Assembly: GCA_030704615.1 (NCBI GenBank)
Contig: CM060731.1
Location: 86,986,001 to 87,050,000, forward strand
Length of the DNA stretch: 64,000 nucleotides
From: Takakia lepidozioides
Taxonomy: Eukaryota; Plantae; Bryophyta
Reading direction: 5' to 3'
Part shown: positions 57,486-64,000 of the stretch, piece after piece
Position numbering within the stretch: the first letter of the stretch is position 1
Layout: the number at the start of each line of letters is the position of its first letter
Notes under the pieces: generated by a model
The model's input: the letters and a program-made list of their open reading frames with translations, nothing else
What the model was told of the DNA's origin: nothing
Database searches by the model: none
Translations under genes and position numbers: made by a program

Positions 57486-60400
57486 ATGTTGTCAACTAAC
57501 TTTAAGGCTTTGCATTGTGAACTAGCCAAGAAATGTCAAGTGCTTGACATAAGTCCCTTGATCACACAATGTCATGTGCATCATTTGAGCTTTCCATGTG
57601 TTGTAGATACTGGATGTACCATGTCTGCCATCCCCTTGCAGGTAGTGAGAGTCTTGGGCAAGTTGACCCTGCACAAGGCATGGAGGTCATCATTGCAAAT
57701 GGGTCAAGGTATGAGCCATTGGGGCTGGTCACTGTCTCTATTAGAATTCACAAGAAAGAGGTCTTGATTACTTGCATAATTACAGTAGGAGACCAGTTCT
57801 TGTTGGGATTGGATAGGATGACAGGGGCTCAAGCTACCATCAACCTTGGTGACAACTCCCTAAGATTTCCCAATGGAGAAGGACATGAAGTTGTAGTGCC
57901 TCTCAAGACTGTCAAGATGCATGCAGGGACTGCTACTGCCAACCTTTCCCAAGTTCAAGCCATGGTAAGGGAGGTAAGGCAAATGACCCACCACAACATG
58001 TCTTGGCTGGATTTTTACAAATACAAGCCAGATCTTGCCTTGATGTATGAGTGGCATGTACCTAGCTCTGGTCAAAAGTCTGGTGCTCCCATCGTGGTGC
58101 AAAAGAACAGTACTTTGATTAGAGCTCCCTGTGATGTCACTATTTCATCTATGTGCCAGAGTGTGGTCAAGACCCAATTGGCCTATCTTTGTCCTAAGGG
58201 ACACTACCTTGAGGTTGATGGGTGGAGGAGGCTTACTACCTTAAAGCATTGCCTTGTTGCTACTGGGGTTCTTGATAGAGGTTACAAAGAGGAAGTCAAG
58301 CTTCTTATAGCCAATCCTGAAAGGTTTCCTGTGACCATCAAGAAGGGGCAAGTGTTTGCTAGAATTTCTGCCCGTCCCTTAGAAGAGATTGGTGAAGTCC
58401 AGCCTGCTTTTGGTTTTGAAGCCTTAGGCATTGTCCATGATCAATCAGATCTGGTCACTGGTTTTTCCAGCCACTCTTCTCCTGCCATGAGCTTCAAGAA
58501 TAAACTCAATGCTCAAGAAAAAGAAGCCCTTGCCAAAGTCTTTGGTGAGATCAAACTCAACCTCTTGCTTGAGGCAGCCCAAAAGAAACAAGTTGAGACC
58601 TTGATAGCTCACAACCTGGATGTGTTCAGCCTTAGAGCTTCTGACCTTGGGAAGACCAATATCCTGCAGCATGACATTGAGACTGAGGGACCTCCTGTCA
58701 AACAATTTGCCTATAGGGAGAGTGTGAGTGCAAGAGGAAATAAAAAAGATGCTTGATGCTGGTGTGATTAAGCCTTCCTTCTGTCCTTGGGCCAGTCCCA
58801 TAGTCCTTGTAGGAAAGAAGGACGGAAGTACTCGCTTCTGTGTAGACTTCAAGTGCCTCAATGCAGTTACCAAGAAGATGCATATCCCCTTCCCAGGATC
58901 AATGAGACCCTTGACATGTTACATGGAGCCACTGTGTTTTCTTCCTTAGACTTGGCCTCTGGATTTTGGCAAGTGCCTCTGACTAGGGAAGCAAAAGAGA
59001 AAACCTCTTTTGTCTGTAGGATGGGCAAGTACCAGTATGAGACCATGCCTTTTGGTTTGTGCAATGCAACTTCTACCTTCCAGTGCCTAATGGATATTAT
59101 CCTTGGAAATTTGAGGTGGGAGTGTGCTTTGATATACATTGATGACATCAATGTATATTCAGCCACCTATGAAGCCCATCTTCTTGACTTGCAACGTGTC
59201 TTCAACAAACTTAGAGCTGCAGGGTTAAAGGTTAAGCCTAAGAAATGTGAATTGTGCATGCCTGAGCTTCACTTCTTGGGTCATGTCCTATCAAAAGAAG
59301 GTCTTAAGCCTGATCCTGAGAAGCTTCGCTCTGTCTGGGAGTTTCCCATTCCCAAGGACAAACATTGTGTTAAATCCTTCCTTGGTTTGGCTTTTTACTA
59401 CCGGAGGTTCATCAAACATTTTGCCATGATTGCTTTTGCTTTGACCAAGCTTCTGGCTAAGGATGTTCGCTTTGAATGGGGCACTTTCCAATAAGTTGCC
59501 TTTGACAGGTTGAAGGTTGCTTTCACCACTGCTCCAGTCCTTATGTTTCCCAATTTTCACCCTGCCTTTCAAGATGCAAACAGATGCTTCTGATGTTGTC
59601 ATCTCTGTTATTTTGTGTCAAGTAGTTGATGGGAAGGAGCATGTCATTGCTTATGCCTCTAGGAAGCTTGACAAGCATGAAAAGAACTATTCTATCACTG
59701 ACAAGGAAGGGCTAGCTTTGATCTTTGGTGTTAAACACTATAGACAGTATTTACATGGAAACAAGTTTGTGGTTGAGACTGATCATCTTCCCCTTAAGGC
59801 ATTGCTTCGGCCTCGTGAGTTGTATGGTAGACTAGCACGATGGGCAATGTTCCTGCATGAGTTTGACCTTGACATTGTCTACAAGAAGGGGAAGGAGAAC
59901 TCCAATGCAGAAGCTCTCACATGGGTTGAGCCTCATGTAGGCAAGCCTATGGTGACTTTGGAGGACTTGGCTGCTCTTGATATATCCTCTCCTAAGGGGG
60001 CAGGCCCTGTTCTCAACCTTTTGTGTGCTGATCAGCAGCCTCTTCATCTTGATCCATCTAGCTTAGAGATTGTTTGGGGCTGGTCTAGCCTTCTAGATGA
60101 TCCAGGATGAGTCCCTATATTGCTGGTGTGGGCAGTGGATCTCATGTCTAAAGCCTTTGTGAGGGGCTGATCTATCCTTCCTTGTTCCTTGTCTTTCCTT
60201 TTCAGCCTTGGTTCGGGTTTGGTGCATCTACTGCTGTACTCCGGTGTAGGTTTTGGCAATGCTTTAAGGCCTGATTTGCCTTCCCATGAGCCGTTTCAAA
60301 TGAGGCAAGGATCTAGTGGCTGGAGATAACATGAGGCAGGCACTCCATGTCACCCTTACTAAAGCCCATTGAACCTCGCTTATGTGCAGTGCAATCATGG

Positions 60401-61560
60401 ATGATATGCTGCATGTAGCGCTACTCCATCGATGTCTTCATGGACGTTCACCTGCAGGGCTCCCTGAGAAATTGAGGAAGCAAGTGTTGTACAATGTGGA
60501 TGCTCATCGTTGTAGGGATGGCAAGTTGTACAAAGTGGGCACTAAGGATGGGAGTCCTTACTACTTGGAGGTACCACCACGGAGCCACTTAGATGCTTTG
60601 TTGGAACGCTTTCATGCTTCTTTGTATGCAGGTCATCTTGGGGTCAAGAAGACCATAGCTCGCATACAAGAGGTGTATTACTGGAAGGGAATTCAAACAG
60701 ATGTGACTGCCTTCATCTCCAAATGTGAGGCATGTCGATCTAACCTTGCACTTCCTCGGGTGGGGGTCACTTATAAATTGCAATCCTTGCCTGTGACACA
60801 TGCTTTTGCTCGAGTTGGTATTGACTTGGTAGGACCTCTCACTCTCACGTTAAAGGGTCATAGCTATCTTTGGGTAGCTACAGATTACTTGACTAAGTGG
60901 GTAGAAGTTTGTCCAATGGTTACCAAGGATTCTGACTCGGTAGCACAACTCTTCTTTGAGGAGATTGTGATGAGGCATGGTTGTCCTCTTGAGGTCCTTA
61001 CTGATAATGGCCGGGAGTTTTGCAATGACCTCTTGAATATCATATGCTTTAACTTTGGAATCAAGCATGTGACTACAGCCCCTACCGTCCTCAAACCAAT
61101 GGTTTGACGGAGCGTTTCAATCAAACTTTCTGCTGAATGTTAGAGAAGAATGACGAGCTTGCAAGGGAGTGGGACATCTTCATTCCTCCTCTAGTCTTTG
61201 CTTATCGCACTGCTGTTCATGCTAGCACGAGGAAAACTCCTTTTGAGTTGCTTTATGGTAGACGTTGTGTATCTCCTTGCATCCTACTCCACTGATTTCC
61301 ACTGTTTCTGAGCCTGCCGACTTGACTGATTTTGTAGAGAGGGTGCATGCTAGGCACATGGTCTCGGTTAATGAGGCTAAGGCTAACATTGTTCATGCTC
61401 AAGCAGTACAAGCTAGGAATTTTAACAAGCGGATTAAGTACTCAGATCACTTCCATGAGGGACAGACTGTGTGCCTACGTCTTCAGCATGAGCAGCATGC
61501 ATGTAAATCTAAACGGAAGATCGATGGTCCTTATTTGTTGTACAAGTTTTTGCCGTAGGG
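57486..61560 (+). pseudogene. pol: Element 4 pol: PR, dUTPase-like domain, RT, RH, IN
   Basis: VVDTGC, GVLDRGYKEEVKLLIAN, LDLASGFWQ, YIDD, TDAS, TDHLPL, GHLG..CEAC, IDLVGP, TDNG. Frameshifts and stops present. Confidence 0.9.
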
Positions 61561-61771
61561 ACACAATACGAAAGCACATAAGGAGCCAGTGGCATTTGCA
61601 GATTTGATTCATTCGGAGCTGGTTTTTGACTTGACATGCATCAATGTTGAGGGGCGATCGGTGGTGCTCACTCCTCGTGGTGCAGGTGCTATGGAGGCTT
61701 CGGTTTCATAGGAGACCTCTCTTAGACTTAGACATCTTTTCAGTTTCAGATTGTAATATTCTTCCATAGTT

Positions 61772-61865
61772 TATAGGGCCCACCCCCGAAAGGGGGCAGT
61801 AGCCGCAAGGTGAAGTGGCTCTTAGTTACGCCGGCTTCGGCCGGAGTCTTCTCTCTCTCTCTCTC
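61772..61865 (+). mobile_element. Short structured SINE-like element, copy 2, with (CT)n tail
   Basis: 13-bp TSD TTCTTCCATAGTT at 61759-61771 and 61866-61878. Confidence 0.8.
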
Positions 61866-63339
61866 TTCTTCCATAGTTGTTTTGTAGTCTAGTTTTAGAC
61901 TTAGCATGAAGTTCCACTTGTCCACACGCGTAAGGTTTTCCTTTGTATGGGTTTTGTCCCACCGGGTTTTCCCATGAAAGGTTTTTCACCCTGCGACGTT
62001 GGGGAACTTCATGGCGGGGTAACATCCTTATATTTTACCTCGCGGAGCTCGGATTTTTAAGGGGGGAGAAGCCTTGGCCCTTCACATATGTGATGGCTCA
62101 TGTTCTCCTGGCCTGACTTTCAACCTATTCATTGCTGTCTGACAGGTTCATCCCATGCCAGTAGTATTTACGGCGGGAGATCGTTATATACAGCCTGACC
62201 TATACTTGTTTGAGGTTATCCTAGAGCTTTGTGGCTGCATCTGGCCCCTTCATTGGTCTACGGGCCAGATCTGTTTGTAATCTAGGCATCCCGTGGCATG
62301 CTACCACGTGGGGGTATTGCCTCACCCTAGGTTTTGGGTATAAGCTTGTTTCTGACCTTGAGTCAGGGCCCTTCTTCTCGTATGTACAACCTGGTGTACG
62401 GGCTTCTGGACATGCTCTGTGAGCTTTGGATGTGTGTGTGTTAGCTCTGCATATGCTGTACGTGGGATCCTCTACATGTTCATCTCTTTTCTCGTGCTGT
62501 AAAGCCCGCTCCTTCCGAGCTCTTACACCCCTAGTTTAACGTGCACTTGTGAGGACGGGAGAATCTCATTCAAGCACAAAATAAGCCTTCACAGACTTAC
62601 TGAATAGGTTGTAAAGATATCTAGAGTGCTTGGCCCTCTCTGGCTTTCTCTGGATCCTGTCTCGCTTCCTTGCTGGGCCTTTTCCCCTCGTCCCTGTCTC
62701 TGGCACCTCGGTTGCGCTTGTTTGTTGCTGTTTGCTTCGGTCCTGGGGCATTTCTCCTCTGTAAGCCTTCACGGCCCTGTTGGTGTTTTTTTTTTTTTTT
62801 TTTCACAGAATAGGGGACAGTGGCCCTGATGCTCTATCCCCTGTTCTGATGGCCCTGGTTAATTTTATTATATATTATTGGTCCACAGACTCATCACTTT
62901 AATTATTAGTCTGGTCCCCCTCAGCCTAGACTAACCTCTAGGTTGGATTTCTCTTCAATCGGGGTATCTCCCCCCGGAAATTCCGTGTTCCAGGAACATG
63001 ATTTCCTTCTTATGCATTGCAACTAGTCACTGTTCTCACACACACCGTAAGCGGTGATGCCGGGAACCCTACCTCTCAGATGGAGAGAAAGAACTAGTGG
63101 TACCGATTACTCTATCGAAAGACATCATTAACCTATCCAAGAATCACAAACCATATCAACTGGACATAAGGGTGATCCTGGGGGAATTACCATAAATAGG
63201 CCTGTTCTCAAAAGAAAATGATGAGAAAGTCGTGGCAAGAGGTTTGACAAGGATCTTCCCTAATGCAGAACTACTGTATCTGTAATGAGGCCGCGAGACT
63301 TTAGTGGTTGGTTTCAAGTGTTTCCAATTAATGTCACGC

Positions 63340-64000
63340 TCAAACTCAGGTGACACTGTGGAGGGTCGCACGGTGATCCCACCAGCAGAGGGGAGGGAGC
63401 TCAGTCCAAACACATATGTCCAGCGATGAGGTGTTGTAGATAAGACCATGTTTGCCCCAAGTGTCTTGGAACGTAGCATGAATGGTTGCTGCATTCCTCA
63501 AGTTCCGCTTGATATCTGCACATGTTTTAGACCAAACTTTTCTTGACTCCACCCCCAGATCATAGAAAACATTAGAAAGGAGGGCAGAAATGGTGGAAGT
63601 CTCTCCAGAGAAAGTTCTTACAGCAAGCTTTCCATAAGTGCCAAGGCTAAGTGTTAGGAGAGGGAGCGCTAGGGAGAGGGAGCGCTCGAGATGGAGGCTT
63701 TGGAGAGATATGAGCAAGCGATGCGGGAAGGATGAAGACCAAATCGTGGCCCATGTCCTCTTGTTGCAAGCGTTCCTGGTGTCAGGGTCCAAATACAGAA
63801 GTAGAGGTTAGAAAAAGGCGGGGCATTAAAGTTATCCGTTAAGTGACCAGCCCTTCCGCCCCTTAATACATCCCCACTATACCTCTCCTCAGCACTTTGC
63901 GCGTATCCAGGAAGTCATGCAGAAAAGACGGCAGCGGGGCCACGCACAGGTGCGCACACGTGTTCTCCTTAAAGTCAGCATATATTCTCCTTGAATCAGC
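63340..64000 (-). mobile_element. L1-like LINE ORF2 3' fragment
   Basis: C-terminal similarity to 42184-42792 (DL..E..K.W......F...WGK...W...P). Confidence 0.55.

Larger units (their letters stand above)
53847..62593 (+). mobile_element. Element 4: degenerate Ty3/gypsy element with split/permuted LTRs and a dUTPase-like domain
   Basis: A1 53847-54366, PBS TGGTGGAG at 54367, PPT 62059-62068, B1 62069-62086, TA, A2 62089-62583, B2 62584-62593. Flanks GAAT and GACT (one mismatch). Confidence 0.9.

Noticed and set aside
61772-61865. Hammerhead or HDV-like ribozyme call
   Set aside because: No CUGANGA core, and I could not build the HDV double pseudoknot on either strand.

Overview
Repeat-dense land-plant genomic window (likely a seed-free lineage, which is an inference from gene and TE types). 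It contains two host genes set head-to-head: an intronless plastid-type unknown protein and an 8-exon peptidyl-tRNA hydrolase 2. Everything else is nested TEs. The main result is that three unrelated Ty3/gypsy elements (2586-14482, 24363-33284, 53847-62593) share a permuted, split-LTR layout, A-[PBS-internal-PPT]-B-NN-A-B. The layout has TG...CA ends, 4-bp TSDs and an internal palindromic CA-NN-TG junction, which is the product expected if a DDE integrase inserts a 2-LTR circle opened at an internal att site. The youngest of the three also encodes an intact DNMT3-like C5 methyltransferase fused to Gag-PR, has a PHD finger on its integrase and has a self-priming-type PBS. Other cargo includes a dUTPase-like domain, a family of small upstream ORFs, a conserved extra 3' ORF, a retroelement fragment with chromodomain + PCIF1-like adenine MTase + RNase H, and a ~95-bp highly structured SINE-like insert. 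CACTA and L1 remnants are also present.
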